Source of the DNA: Octopus vulgaris
Lineage: Eukaryota
Direction: 5' to 3'
DNA: 64,000 bases
Assembly (NCBI GenBank): GCA_951406725.2
Contig: OX597814.1
Location: 98,642,001-98,706,000, forward strand
Part shown: positions 1-13,287 of the stretch, in pieces
How positions within the stretch are numbered: position 1 is the first letter of the stretch
Layout of the letters: every line of letters begins with the position of its first letter
Position numbers and translations under genes: made by a program
Notes under the pieces: generated by a model
The model's input: only the letters and a program-made list of their open reading frames with translations
The model's database searches: none
Told to the model about the DNA's origin: nothing

Positions 1-411
1 TCAGTGACCACATTATGAAATACATATGTCGGTACATGCGTAACATGCGTAATATGTACACACACACATACACACAATGTTTGATTTACGCATGTATCTC
101 GCATTTATTTATATGTATTCGTGAAAGCAACATCATTTACCAGACAAACAAGAATCAAATGATATTTACAAACAATGCTTAGCTTTGTTACAACCGTGCT
201 GATAGCTTATGCTTTGCGCGACAGATTGATTCATTATAGAATATTAAGGATTATTTACTTAACCCAAAACTGGTTTGCCGAATAAAGCTATACACACACA
301 CACACACAATAACACACACACCTACACCTACACGCATTCACAGATATACAGACATACGTAAGTATAAGCATGTAATGCATTTGTAAATATAAATACATAT
401 AGATCTCTCTT

Positions 412-452
<41 letters not shown>

Positions 453-717
453 TCTCTTATTCTACTCTAAACCAATTTAGCCACCTGCATAGTCTTTTCA
501 ATTGATTGAACTATTTTCCTTGAATTTTAATCTATATTTTCAATCATTCTTTGGGTTTTGTACATGATGTGTCACCACATTATTCTAAGCCACTTGGGGT
601 AAATTTACGTGACTGATCTTGTAAAAATTCAAGTAAAAATTACACAGGACCTTCACAATAAGAAAGCGACATTCAATAAAGCAATCCTTGACTTCCTATT
701 TTACTCTTTTTTTTTTC

Positions 718-1108
718 ACTCTTTTACTTGTTTCAGTCATTTGACTGCGGCTATGCTGGAGAACCGTCTTTAGTCGAGCAAATCGACCCCAGGACTTATT
801 CTTTGAAAGCCTAGTACTTATTCTATCGGTCTCTTTTTCCGAACCGCTAGGTTACGGGGACATAAACACACCAGCATCGGTTGTCAAGCAGATGTTGGGG
901 GGACAAACACAGACACACAAACACACATATATATATACATATATACGACGGGCTTCTTTCAGTTTCCGTCTGCCAAATCCACTCACAAGGCTCTGGTCGG
1001 CCCGAGGCTATAGTAGAAGACACTTGCCCAACGTGCCACGCAGTGGGACTGAACCCAGAACCATGTGGTTCGTAAGCAAGCTACTTACCACATAGCCACT
1101 CCTACGCC
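718..1108 (-). mobile_element. tRNA-derived SINE, family A, full length
   Basis: Reverse strand begins GGCGTAGGAGTGGCTATGTGGTAAG (A box) then GGTTCAGTCCC (B-box-like). Near-identical copies at 8945 and 37909. Ends in a GTAAAAGA-type tail. Confidence 0.9.
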
Positions 1109-2989
1109 CTTTAAAAATTATTGATGGTCACAGCTGAAACGCCTTTGTCAAAAGCCAACTCGATCAGATATTAACATGGAGCTAAAAAAAAGCAACAATT
1201 TAATCTGACGAGAGAGCCAATGATAGACCTATATGAAGTTGTTCAACTTTAGAAATAACAGCAAAATCCTTCTTAAATTTCATCCCATCATCTTAAGAAA
1301 TTTGGATTATGTATTCCTGGATGCGTTGTCTCTGAATAAAAGAAGGGATGGAGCACTTTTGGCCATAAATCTATTGAATCAGAACAGACATAGAGTGATG
1401 CAACAAAAACTATGACGACGGCGACAATAACATCAACAGAAACAGAAGCCAAAAACAACCTAAACTGATATATAATGTCCTTGCTACTACAAATCCTAAA
1501 ATCAGATTTGTAAATCACCCTGGCCCACTAAGAAACAATCCATTTTTTGGTGTGTGCTATTAGCCTACTAAATCAACACTGCTTCTGAGATGTTAAAACT
1601 TATCGTTAAAAGATCTAGGGCTAAATGCTCGATTGAATAAATAGTTCACGCAGCACGTGGAGAATATATCAGGAAGTTGGCCCGATCAAAAGTTATTCAC
1701 TGAATTAAAAATCGCCTCTTTGATCATGAAGTCCCCCTCAAAATGATCAAATACTCGAAATTTTTCACTTAATTGAAGAAATAGAGATCATATAACTTTT
1801 TGTGTACGTCTGTCACCAGCGACCTGATTTATGTAAATTTTTGTCCTAGCTCCATTTGAGTTATGTCTCTTAGCTCATTCCTTTTCGTAAAATTAGAGGT
1901 AGTCTGTGTAGTGAGGAGTGTATTATTTTGATTGATCTCTCTGAACTATTATTAACTCCTGTTACACGGCAGAAAATGGTATGAATCAGTCTAGTAAGAT
2001 CTTATAACTCGCACTTGTAACTCGACAAAGTATAAGCTCCAGCACCAGCTCCACAACCACCACTACCACCACCACCATCACTTCCACATCTCTGGATGGG
2101 GATGTATGCCGCCTTATGTAATAGCACGTCTAGAGTCAAGCATGCCTTCAGTGTAGTCCATTTTACTGTAAACATCGACTGAGAAATATAGGAGACTTAT
2201 CACGTGCCGATATCTACTGCATGCTTGAGAGTGGGTACACGTTGAAAAGGTCTTTCAACAGAGGCCCTCAGTCAGATAGAGGCATAGGCCGGAACTGTGG
2301 ATGACGCATCGGGAGGCTACCTTACCAGCAAGTGCATAGTCTCACATCCTTTCAACTCTAATGTATGACTGATGCCCGACCAAGTGGCAAATTTTCAAAG
2401 GAACCAGTCAAGGCTACTGATATCCAATTAAATGTCAATAGCCTCGGTTGTAACTCATAATTATATGAATTGAGATAGTGGTTAGCGGTAGTCGTGAGTC
2501 ATATTTTCTATTCCGCACCCACATTTGAACCAAACTACCATTTTTTAAATAACGAACTGTTAGAAAATTCAAATATACTTTTGCAACTGCTGGTCGATTA
2601 TCTTTACTTTCTTCAAACATTCTTAGACTCCAGTTTACAGATACACAGAAATATGTGTGTTTGTGTATTAAAGACACACCAAGCAGCAATGATTAAAATA
2701 AAGCTGTCTACATTTATATTTAACAGGTTTATGTACACTCAAGTAAGGAAAGACCTTCGCTGTGGTAACAGTCTGGGAAGAGATATACGTGTTTCTGCGT
2801 TACGAACTATCAAGTACTGACATCGAATCCTCCGTTTACAGCCCACTAAAGAATTATCGTTCTATATCTAAACGGCAAATAACAAACTTACTAGTGTGTG
2901 CAAAGCTTTGTGAAGTTGGAATTAAGTAAATGCAGACTAAGTAGCAAAGATGGAAAAATCTTTGGTGCGGTAAATTGGAAAATAACTTC

Positions 2990-3350
2990 TTACAGACTGT
3001 GTATTTATACACTCCTCCTTCGAGAACATTTAACTTATTACTCTCTGAATTCATCGTCCTAGGTAACTTCAACGCTCAAAACGGTTTAAAGTTATCACAC
3101 GTTCCATACTTATGACATTGATGACAAACCTATTTTTCACAATCATCAACTCACCACGTCAATTAGTTGCATACCCTATACATATGTCTAACCAACACAC
3201 ATGCACTTCAAACACCTTTGGTCTTTCCCACGCCTCCAAAACCAGCATTTACCAAGTCATCACCGTCTCGGTACATTTCGTTTATACAATCATTACCTTG
3301 CTGCGATTAAAAAATGGTTCTCAAATGCAATTTCCTACCGTTAGTCTTCG
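2990..3350 (+). pseudogene. Highly decayed LINE AP-endonuclease remnant
   Basis: gaattcatcgtcctaggtaacttcaacgct reads EFIVLGNFNA (GDFN motif); downstream QLVAYPIH resembles QLVxxPTH. Frame is broken. Confidence 0.35.
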
Positions 3351-3509
3351 CTTGTCCGATTAACTGAATTACCAGGTTAATTGAATTAGTTGATAAGCGA
3401 CTAGATATTCCAAAGTCAAAGATACTCTCTCAGCGTAACTTTCAAGTTGACTTAGCGTGACGTATAGAGTAATAACGCTGGATCTTTTAATTAGAAATAC
3501 AATCCATCC

Positions 3510-3665
3510 AGCAGGCTTTCACGCAACTTCCGTTTAACCAAGTTTTTCTCGCAAGACTTGAGTCAACTCGACGCTATAGCAAAAGGCACTTGCACAGGAT
3601 TCCATACGATGACTGACGCCACAATCCCGTGACTGCAAAAAGAATTTTTTAATCATTCATCCATA
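3510..3665 (-). mobile_element. Old, diverged SINE family A fragment
   Basis: gctatagcaaaaggcacttgcacagg aligns by eye to gctatagtagaagacacttgcccaa of the 718-1108 copy. Confidence 0.45.
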
Positions 3666-4896
3666 GTCTCTCATGAGCATCACATACTACGCATCGTCTC
3701 GACCTTTCAAACCCTATGGCATTTCAAGCCAGCTTGTCTAGTCGGAGCTTCTCAAAGCTCCGCAAGCACTTATTGAATCAAATCCCTTACCCCTTAGTGA
3801 CACATTAGCAAGTAACAAAATCTATCCTCTAAGTTATACCCCTTCAAATCCTCTACACAACCAAAACTCACAGCCCACATCTCCAAAGATGTTCAGTCAT
3901 AGCTGTGCTTCAATAACTCAATCATATAATAAATGTAGGAATTCATTTACTCTAACTGTAAACAGTATTCCGCAATGAAAAGCGTCACATTAGCTGTCTT
4001 CATTGTAATCATCTTCAAATTGTATATTGTGAGCTAATCTCAAAAGCTTCCCTAAACCACTCCCTCATTTTCAGTATCACAAACAGTTATAATGTATTCC
4101 ATTTCCGAGAAGCTCAACAGTTACCTACCACTTGCTCTCACTTACAATATCTCAAAGTTTGTAACGTTTGCTGTTAACAACTAGTTTCTGCAACATTTTG
4201 ACTCCCTTTCGTTTTTGAATGACAACATTATGGAGAACGCTAGAATTTAGGTAGTTTACACCTGATGAATCGAGTCTGGGCTCCAGAATCAATTTCTATT
4301 TTTGGAAAAAAGACAGTAAGGCGAAACCTAGGGTTTATAGCTCCTCTGGTAGTTGTATTTCAATAATTTAACAGATATAATCCTGTAAATTTTAGGAATG
4401 AAGTGTTTATTATAATATTTCCGTATTTTCTCCTTTGTATTTAAAAGATCTCAAGCATATGACGTTGCGTCAACTGGTACTTGACGTCAGTGATGCTTGC
4501 CCGGGTTGCTTGCACCTTCATACATCCCTGGCTCCCAATTTTATAAACCACTTTGTTTGTTCTGTGAGTCACATGTCATACACAGGCCATATCTCCTTGG
4601 CATCTCTGCATCATATATGATACACATTTTCAATTTATTTCAATCACCAGAGTAACTCAGAACCTATGAAAGGAAAGCTTTATATTACTCAGAACATATG
4701 AAACAATGGCAAACAGAAATTCTGAAAACAGGCATGAACATGTGGGACAAACTTATGAAAATGTTTTGGACAGGCAACAGGATAACATTCCAGGATCAGT
4801 ATTGATTAATGTTTATTGTCACGAAAGGTTAAGTAACTATAGATCTTGTACGATTTCACAAGATGTGCATTCGTACAAGATCTACTATATGGGAAA

Positions 4897-5210
4897 GGTA
4901 GAGGCGCAATGGCCTAGTGGTTAGGGCAGCGGACTCGCGGTTAAAGGATCGCGGTTTCGAATCCCAGACCGGGCATTGTGTGTGTTTATTGAGCGAAAAC
5001 ACCTAAAGCTCCACGACGCTCCGGCAGGGGGTGGTGGCGACCCCTGTTGTACTCTTTCGACCCAATTTTCTCTCACTCTCTCTCCCTGTTTCTTGAGTAA
5101 TGCTGCGATGGACTGGCGTCCCGTCCAGCTGGGAGGAACACATACGCCACAGAAATCGGGAAACCGGGCCCATAAGCCTGGCTAGGCTTCATAAGGGCGC
5201 ATAAATAAAA
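4897..5210 (+). mobile_element. tRNA-derived SINE, family C (alternative 3' half)
   Basis: Head GGCGCAATGGCCTAGTGGTTAGGGCAGCGGACT...GGTTTCGAATCCC is shared with 41545 and 51522. The 3' part differs (GCGATGGACTGGCGTCCCGTCCAG). Confidence 0.85.
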
Positions 5211-5650
5211 TATGGGAAAGAGACCCTACAGACTCATTATTTGCTTTTTGGCAAGAAGCAGACCTCATATGGAACACCACTGTTAGCAACTGTTTTTGCC
5301 TTAGCATACATCCTCAATGGTACAGTTGAAGTGGGAGTTAGTTCATATAAAGCTAAACGGAGTACGACACCGAAAAACCGTAATTTATTGGTATGTAATG
5401 TTTTACAACTGTGACATTCGTGTAGTCCAAGGAAGTTGCACCACTGACAAAGAGACTTTTGACTTCATAAGCGTCTCGTCTGTTTGAAGTATTAGTTGAT
5501 GCTGATGAAGATGCCTGAATGTGCCATCGTCTCAACTACGTTTCCATTCGCGGCAGTGCAGTATGTTGAGTGTGTTGCATTACCTTAACAATTTTCAGGG
5601 AGCAATATTTGAGTCGCCTGACGCAGGGTATTATTAGCGAAATGAGCTAA

Positions 5651-5856
5651 GGCCGTGAGCTGGCAGAATCGATAGCACGCCGGGCATTTTGTCTGTCTTT
5701 ACGTCTTGAGTTCAAATTCCGTCGAGCTCGACTTCGCTTGTCATCCTTTCGGGGTCGATTAAATAAGTACCAGTTGAGCACCGGGGCCGATGTAATAGAC
5801 TATTCCCCCTCCCCACAAAATTGCAGGCTTTGTGACTATAGTAGAAAAGATTATTA
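5651..5856 (+). mobile_element. SINE family B (short-tail subfamily)
   Basis: GAGCTGGCAGAATCG...GAGTTCAAATTCC head; core TCATCCTTTCGGGGTCGATTAAATAAGTACCAG. Confidence 0.85.
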
Positions 5857-6225
5857 GAGAAATGAGCATGCCTATATATTTTGTTTAATTCATGGTACCT
5901 TTACCATTTTCCCCTTCTTTTCCAGTTTATTTTTGTAAACTGTGTTCTTAAAAGTTATTAAAACAAGAATGAACAATCAATACATTTTTGTTCAAGTACA
6001 ACGAAGGTGGAGAAAACACAATTGATTAATGAATGAATGAATCAATCAATCAATTAATCTATTTATGCATTAAACTAAGAATTATTTATGAACCAGTTTG
6101 ATTGAATAATTAAAAAAAAGAAGTTGAGCGATGCTTGTTGTGAAGTGACACCGCAAAGTAATCTATTTGTTTTAATCGTCTGATACATGCGGTATCAGCT
6201 ACAAAACGGATCTGTACATAACATT

Positions 6226-6300
6226 ATGTATGTATGTATGTATGTATGTATGTATGTATGTATGTATGTATGTATCTACGTACGTATGTATGTATGTATG

Positions 6301-6361
<61 letters not shown>
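6226..6361. repeat. (TATG)n microsatellite
   Basis: Read directly from the sequence. Confidence 0.95.
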
Positions 6362-6364
<3 letters not shown>

Positions 6365-6539
6365 GCAAGGATAAACAAATATAGTAAATAAATAAGCTAA
6401 CTTATATTCAGAACGTCTTTCACCTTTGCCCGTACGAGGTGTTTGTTGAATACACATTGGCCGCTGACGGTGTCAAATAAAAGCTGAGACGTTTGCTTAT
6501 GTCAATTCGTTTATTTATCATTTGGGATGGATTTTTTTT

Positions 6540-6870
6540 CTTCTAGCAAATCAGAAAAATGCTTCCCGGTATTTCTTCCGGCTTTATGTTCCGAGATCAA
6601 ATTCTACTACTGTTTAACTTTGCCTTTTATCCTTCGGGTTCGATAAAATAATTACCTTTTGATCACTGGGGTCTCTATAATCGACGTACTTCCTATTCTA
6701 AAATTTCTGGCCTTATATAAAAATTTGAAATCATTATTAGAGGGTAGCGACTTGGCAGGATCGTCGGGCAAAATACTTAGCGACATTTCTTCCGACTCCG
6801 AGTTCAAATTCTGCCGAGGTCAACTTTGCTTTTCATCTTTTTCGGGGTCAGTAAAATACGTACCAATAGA
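6540..6870 (+). mobile_element. Two adjacent diverged SINE family B copies
   Basis: Two degenerate occurrences of TCAAATTC...ACTTTGC.TTT.ATC.TT.CGGG.TC. Confidence 0.6.
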
Positions 6871-8251
6871 GCTCTGCTATACTGTGAACTCTGCTAAAAG
6901 CACCCAAGTTCAGTTAGAAGTGTTAAACCGTGAGGCGTATTAAGTTTACCACGCAAGGTGAGCCCAATGATTCCCTATCTATATTAACCAAATGAGAATA
7001 AAAGCCCTACTTTCAACAGATATTGTAATATTGGACTCGTAAAAACAAATCTTCTACATGCTTGTAGAAGAAATATTCTAGTAAAATTAACGTGTTTGAA
7101 CATATATATTTCAAGATAATTTTCAAAAGTAGAAGCGTCAAGTACATCTTGTACGATTTTTATTAATCGAAACCTGACTGAACTTGGTTACGTAACATTA
7201 TCACATTCATCATATTGCTTAGATCTGTGACGTCCTATTTTTTTCCTAGGATTGTACCACATATTTTAAATAGAAAAGCCCCGGTAACAGACCAGATACT
7301 CAGCATTACTTGAATGATATTGCGTAGTAGCCACATTATAATTGGCAAAAATGTATAGAATCAATTTTGATTTTATAACGCTCTTTACATATTTATACAA
7401 GACAGCTCAGATTTGGTAATTTTCCGAAGAACTTAATAATTAAGCTGCAAAGAGTAGATAGTATCAATAATTGTAAATGAAAGGGAAAATGTAAATGATC
7501 TCCGAACAAATGAGGAAGGGTTTATTCTGAAAGAAGCTGATCGTATTCTGAGTGGTAGCCAAAAAATTTTTTTTTCATATTTTCTGGTGTCTCTCTTCAT
7601 ATAAAATGACAACAACTATCGGTGACCATGGACCTTCATGGCAAAGTCTGAACGTTCATGGTTTTTCTTAGTAAGCATACAGCAATAGTTTTGCCGAAGC
7701 CTTCTGCCAGTCTATTTACAGTTTACTCTACAAGTTTCCTGCTCTACCGAACTTACCCTTGAGTCATTAGGTTTAGTTAAATCGTAGACGAGGAAACTGG
7801 TTAACGTCACATCAGAAAATGTCCAAACACAGGCGTATCTATTTGACACATGTCAAGGTGCCGGCCCTTCTCCAAGTCTTCTAGATCTTAGCCATAGAAC
7901 CACCTTCTACTACTGGACCTATAAGTAGGTCCTTGGCAGATATTATCACCTCAAGCCATTGCGGACTGTGAAGTAAAGGTAGCTCCATACTCCCCAAAAC
8001 TTCTGAATTCTCGAATTAGATCCTTGTCACTGGATGTAGTTAAATGTCAACATTCCTAAATAAGATAATGTTGAGAGAAATAAGAAATCACAGCTACAAC
8101 GGTGTTATTTAATCAACATGGCTATTGCAAGTGTTATTTCTCCTTCAAAATACTAATTCATAAGAATGATATTTCTATAGAGCACCACAAAATGTTATAT
8201 CTGTAATCATGGGAGATTGATATCCACTCATCTTAGATTCAGAGAAATTCA

Positions 8252-8310
<59 letters not shown>

Positions 8311-8660
8311 GTTTGACTTTTGCTTTGCATTTGTACAAGTTGGCTCCAAGTCTCACCCAGAGACCTCAAGAGACAAGTTAGATGTTCATGTTGGTGTTAT
8401 GCCTAGGCTGCCATATATTTGGTTTTGTACATAGTGTTGTTATAGAGAATGTTTAAGAAACCATAAGAAAATTATGTGTTTGTTTTAAAATTTGAGATTA
8501 CATAGAAAGTACTTTGCGTAGGATATGGGCAGTTCCCATGAGCACTATCTTTTGAATTTCTGCCATTTTGAGGTTTCCTGGTATCTGAGCTAGGTAGCAA
8601 TCAGCCCCTTTTGCTATCATTCCCAGGGCACCTATGACAAGAGATATTGTTTTAGTCTTA
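8311..8660 (-). mobile_element. 5'-truncated Dong/R4-like RLE non-LTR retrotransposon, 3' end
   Basis: KTISLVIGALGMIAKG...EIQKIVLMGTAHILRKVLSM* is homologous to the C-terminus of ORF 31717-32529. Flanked by (ATT)n at 8252-8310 and (ATC)n at 8662-8745. Confidence 0.85.
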
Positions 8661-8662
8661 TT

Positions 8663-8728
<66 letters not shown>

Positions 8729-8944
8729 GTCATCATCATCATCATCTTCTTCTTCTTCTTTCAATTCTGTTTCCATTTCTTGCTGAGTGTCTTCCTGAAA
8801 CCTAGGGCAGAGAAACTCACTGTATACATTGGTAGGCCATTGAAAAAAACACAGTAGATTGATAATTTACAAAGTCGTGATAGAGAAAAGGGGGAAAAGA
8901 CAGAGGAGAAAGAGGAAAAAATTAAAATTAAAAAAGTAAACATA

Positions 8945-9107
8945 GGCGTAGGAGTGGCTGTGTGGTAAGTAGCTTGCTTACCAGCTACATGGTTCCGGGT
9001 TCAGTCTCACTGCATGGCACCTTGGGCAAGTGTCTTCTACTATAGCCTCGGGCCGACCAAAGCCTTGTGAGTAGATTTGGTAGACGGAAACTGAAAGAAG
9101 CCTGTCG

Positions 9108-9154
<47 letters not shown>

Positions 9155-9345
9155 GTATGTGTGTGTATATGTTTGTGTGTCTGTGTTTGTCCCCCCCCCC
9201 CCATCACTTGACAACCGATGCTGGTATGTTAACGTCCCCGTAATTTAGCGGTTCGGCAAAAGAGACCGATAGAATGAGTACTAGGCTTACAAAAAAATAA
9301 GTCCTGGGGTTGATTTGACTAAAACAAGTAAAAGAGTAAAAGAGT
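8945..9345 (+). mobile_element. SINE family A
   Basis: A/B-box head, internal (TA)n, GTAAAAGA tail; reverse complement of 718-1108. Confidence 0.9.
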
Positions 9346-9781
9346 AAAGAAAATAAAGAGAAAAAAGGGACATTCACAATGGCAGTACTCTTCTCAGGAT
9401 GTGTGACGTACCAGTTAAGACAATCTTTTGCAATTCCTGCGTAGATAGTAAGCCAGTAATCATTCTTAAAAAATTGTCAGTTTTCCTTTATTATTATTAT
9501 TATATTAACTTTAACTGCTGAACACGACAGACGTATTTTCGAACGTCCTAAATAAATCTTGTTTAAAACTTTAATTTACACCCGTTTGTTACCGTTTCTT
9601 TTTTCGTTTAAACATTGTTACAGTTTGTTAATAGAAATACTAAGGACCTGGTATAGGGTTCCTGTAGTTGTTTAGCTCCTAGCAGGGCTATATTCGGCCC
9701 CCAAATAAATTCGGTAGGCGTTTTAATTCAATATAAATAAATAAGAAGGCAGAACTCATCTTGGAAGAGTTAAGAAAAAAC

Positions 9782-10205
9782 GGATCTTTTCGGTTTGAAC
9801 AGCAGTTTTTTTCTACCGGTGTCATATGAAATTGTCACCCATAATTATGACCCTAGTGTCGATCTATTGCATTTCAATCTGTTTTAGGGTTAGGGTTAGG
9901 GTTAGGGTAGGGGGAAGGGTATCTTTTTTTTCTTCACAAATGTAAATAAACCCAATCTGTTTCTTAAACGAGGGGCATATTCATACGGCACAGAATGTTT
10001 CCACCTCAATAGACGTCATTGATTGTTTGAAATTGCAGAAATTGAAGAAAAAAAGCAATAAATATCTTACAAACTATAGAAATTTCTCAATAAAGCCAAG
10101 AGAAAAAGATGTTTTATAAACACATTCTACCAGTATACGAAGTTTAAAAGTGTTTAGTTACGTGGAAATTATTTTTAAAAACTGCCGTTCAAACCGAAAA
10201 GATCC
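9782..10205. mobile_element. MITE with ~28-bp TIRs and internal (TTAGGG)n
   Basis: GGATCTTTTCGGTTTGAACAGCAGTTTT ... AAAACTGCCGTTCAAACCGAAAAGATCC. Flanks gaaaaaac/aaaaaaac fit an 8-bp TSD with 1 mismatch. Second copy at 19191. Confidence 0.9.
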
Positions 10206-10344
10206 AAAAAAACTGCCCCTCTTGAAAAACATTTTTTGAATACTGAAGATTTCCCTCAGTTACTGGCAACATTACAGGAGATGGGGAGGAGAAAAGGAAG
10301 GGCAAAATATTCAAAGTAGTAGCAGGAGTGAAACCATTGGAAAC

Positions 10345-10650
10345 AGCAGTGACGGCAATGATAGCGACGGCGGTGACAGCAGCGGTGGCGGCGACAGCAG
10401 TGGTGGCGGCGACAACAGTGGTGGCGACAGCAGCGGCGACAACAGTGGTGGCGACAGCAGCGGCGGCGACAGCAGCGGCGGCGACAGCAGCGGCGGCGAC
10501 AGCAGCGGCGGCGACAGCAGCGGCGGCGACAGCAGCGGCGGCGACAGCAGGAATGGCGACCAGCATTGGCTGCAACAGTAGTGTAGGCGACAACAGCGGC
10601 TGCGACAACAGCGGCGGCGACAGCAGCGGTGGGGACAGCGGTGGCAGTAG
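10345..10650. repeat. GC-rich 15-bp minisatellite (GCGGCGGCGACAGCA)n
   Basis: Read directly; it produces the spurious poly-Ala ORFs on both strands. Confidence 0.9.
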
Positions 10651-10660
10651 TAGTAATAAT

Positions 10661-11114
10661 TATTTCTTTACTACCCCCAAGGGTCTAAACATAGAGGGGA
10701 AAAACAAGGACAGACAAACGGATGAAGTCGATTACATCGACCCCAGTGCCTAACTGATACTTAATTTATCGAAGGCGGCGAGCTGGCAGAAACGTTAGCA
10801 CGCCGGGCGAAATGCTTAGCGGTATTTCGTCTGCCGCTACGTTCTGAGTTCAAATTCCGCCGAGGTCGATAAATTAAGTACCAGTTACGCACTGGGGTCG
10901 ATGTAATCGACTTAATACCTATGTCTGTCCTTGTTTGTCCCCTCTATGTTTACCCCCTTGTGGGTAATAAAGAAATAGGTACTTAATTTATCGACCCCGA
11001 AAGGATGAAAGGCAAAGTCGACCTCGGTAGAATTTGAACTCAGAACGTAACGGCAGACGAAATACCGCTAAGCATTTCGCCCGGCGTGCTAACGTTTCTG
11101 CCAGATCGCCGCCT
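10661..11114 (-). mobile_element. SINE family B (minus) interrupted by a plus-strand copy of the same family (10774-10977)
   Basis: The inner copy is flanked by the 15-bp duplication TACTTAATTTATCGA (10758-10772, 10980-10994). Confidence 0.9.
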
Positions 11115-11899
11115 TAAGTAGTAGTAATAATGTTAGCAAAAACAATGCATTTCAGAACACAATGGATTTTAGCGAAGAAAATAATACTACATTTGAAGGC
11201 GCTGACGGCGGTGTGGAGAGTGGCAAAGGTGGAAGTGGCCATAACTCCACCACAATCACCACCAACAGCAACATCATCAGCAGCAGTAGTAACAACAACA
11301 ATAGCAGCAAAGTCGACAAACAATAACAAAAACAAGAGGTTTGTTTATGTAGCAAACACACCTGTAGGGCCACTAGATACCTGTGAGCCTTCTGCCCCCA
11401 AAATTCGAGAGGTACGCGGCCACACCTGCAGCTTACAGCGCAACCCCACAAATGGAGATCTTTTAATAGAACTGCAACCTCAACCCCAACAACAACAGGG
11501 AAATGGGAAACCATACAACGGGAAAAACTACCCGCGGTATCTGTCAAACCAGTCCCCTCAGGCCATCTCTCAAGCATACACTCACACAAGACACACTCAC
11601 TCTCCCCGAGGCAGCCCATACAGACACTAGCCATTACTCATGTAGTGTAGACGAGGAAGAACCCTGCAAAGCTAAAAACGCCCGAAAACACAGAAACCAC
11701 CAACACATCGAACATAGACACAGCAAAAACAACACCAGCACTACCATCCCCACAACCACTAATGCACCCACAACTACACATAGCTCCCTAAAAGAAAACT
11801 CACAGTCAATACGGAAACACCGAATTATATGCTCGTAAGGTGTCATCTGTACCGTCAACACAGGATCCATAAACAGGGCCCTAGATACTGGAATCTGAA

Positions 11900-12719
11900 C
11901 GCGCCGTTCCCAGTGCACCAAGCTTTCGAGACCGAGTTAGCAAGTTAGTCTATCGAGAGTTGGCAGGCGAATCGTCAACAGCTGTTGGTGGATAGCGCTG
12001 AAAAGGGCTATTAGAGAAGAGGCGGTAGGTTTTCGTAAGGAAATAGCCCTAGAGGAATATAGGATAGAGGGAAACCTAGTTAGGAAGCTGGAAGAGGTGC
12101 TTAGCAACCGACGTGCTAGCGGCAAGATTGACTTTTGATCAATTCTTCAATGTCAAGCATGAAGGTGCGTTGTCAGAGCTAGTGCGCGTGCACTGAAAGC
12201 TGTTCGATGGGTCCAGGGTGGCAGAGGCACTTCGTGGAAACAAAGACACATTTCGGTCTTTGGTGAGCTGTGATGGGCGCATAATGACCGAGTCAAAGCA
12301 GATGTAAGCGGAATTTCAGCGGTACATCGCCGAATTGTATGGGGCGTGCAGGGGTTCTGGAACGGTGGTGGATTTCACCTACTATCTCAGCCAGGTATTC
12401 GGAGTTCTGCGAAATACTGATAACAGCCGAAGATATACGGGACGTGATGAAGGCCTGCGCAAGATAGAAGTCTCCGAGGCAGGATGGTCAGTCCTTCGAG
12501 CTTTACTTTCATATGCCAGACTTGTTCGGTGGTCTCTTGGTAGGCGTCTACCACAATGGGAAAATTCCCAGTGCTGTGAGCCGTGCAGTGGTGGTGCTAT
12601 TGAAAAACGACCCGAACAAGTGGCTGGGAAGAAAAGGCAGTTTTCCCCTGTCTGGTGACTATGGCGAAGGAGGTAGTGTGGTGGACGAGATTCAAAGGAC
12701 TGAAGACATACTTTCCTCT

Positions 12720-12720
<1 letters not shown>
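11900..12720 (+). mobile_element. Decayed Tx1/L1-like LINE ORF2 fragments
   Basis: MPDLFGGLLVGVYHNGKIP matches MSDLFGGLLADIYHN at ~31260(-). 12661-12720 matches ATGGCGAAGGAATGTATCTGGTGGACG at 32801. Confidence 0.65.
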
Positions 12721-13242
<522 letters not shown>

Positions 13243-13256
13243 CCATCATCATTATT

Positions 13257-13287
<31 letters not shown>

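Noticed and set aside
4255-4345. Hammerhead candidate CTGATGA...CGAAACC
   Set aside because: Stems I and II cannot be paired.
4897-4975. tRNA gene
   Set aside because: A/B boxes are present but run into a multi-copy SINE body; these are SINE heads. The same applies to 8945, 37909 and 41545.
5353-5600. Possible host coding exon on the minus strand
   Set aside because: Stops in all frames across the segment, no recognisable motif, no convincing splice pair.
9884-9915. Interstitial telomere or chromosome fusion scar
   Set aside because: Only ~4 units, at the same position inside two copies of a MITE.
10189-10753. Poly-Ala/Thr ORFs resembling antifreeze or mucin proteins
   Set aside because: Translation of a 15-bp minisatellite that is open on both strands and runs into a SINE.
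11130-11838. Overlapping ORFs as a host gene or LINE ORF1
   Set aside because: Low-complexity start and broken frames. It may be a decayed ORF1 of the adjacent Tx1-like element, but no clear CCHC motif supports that.
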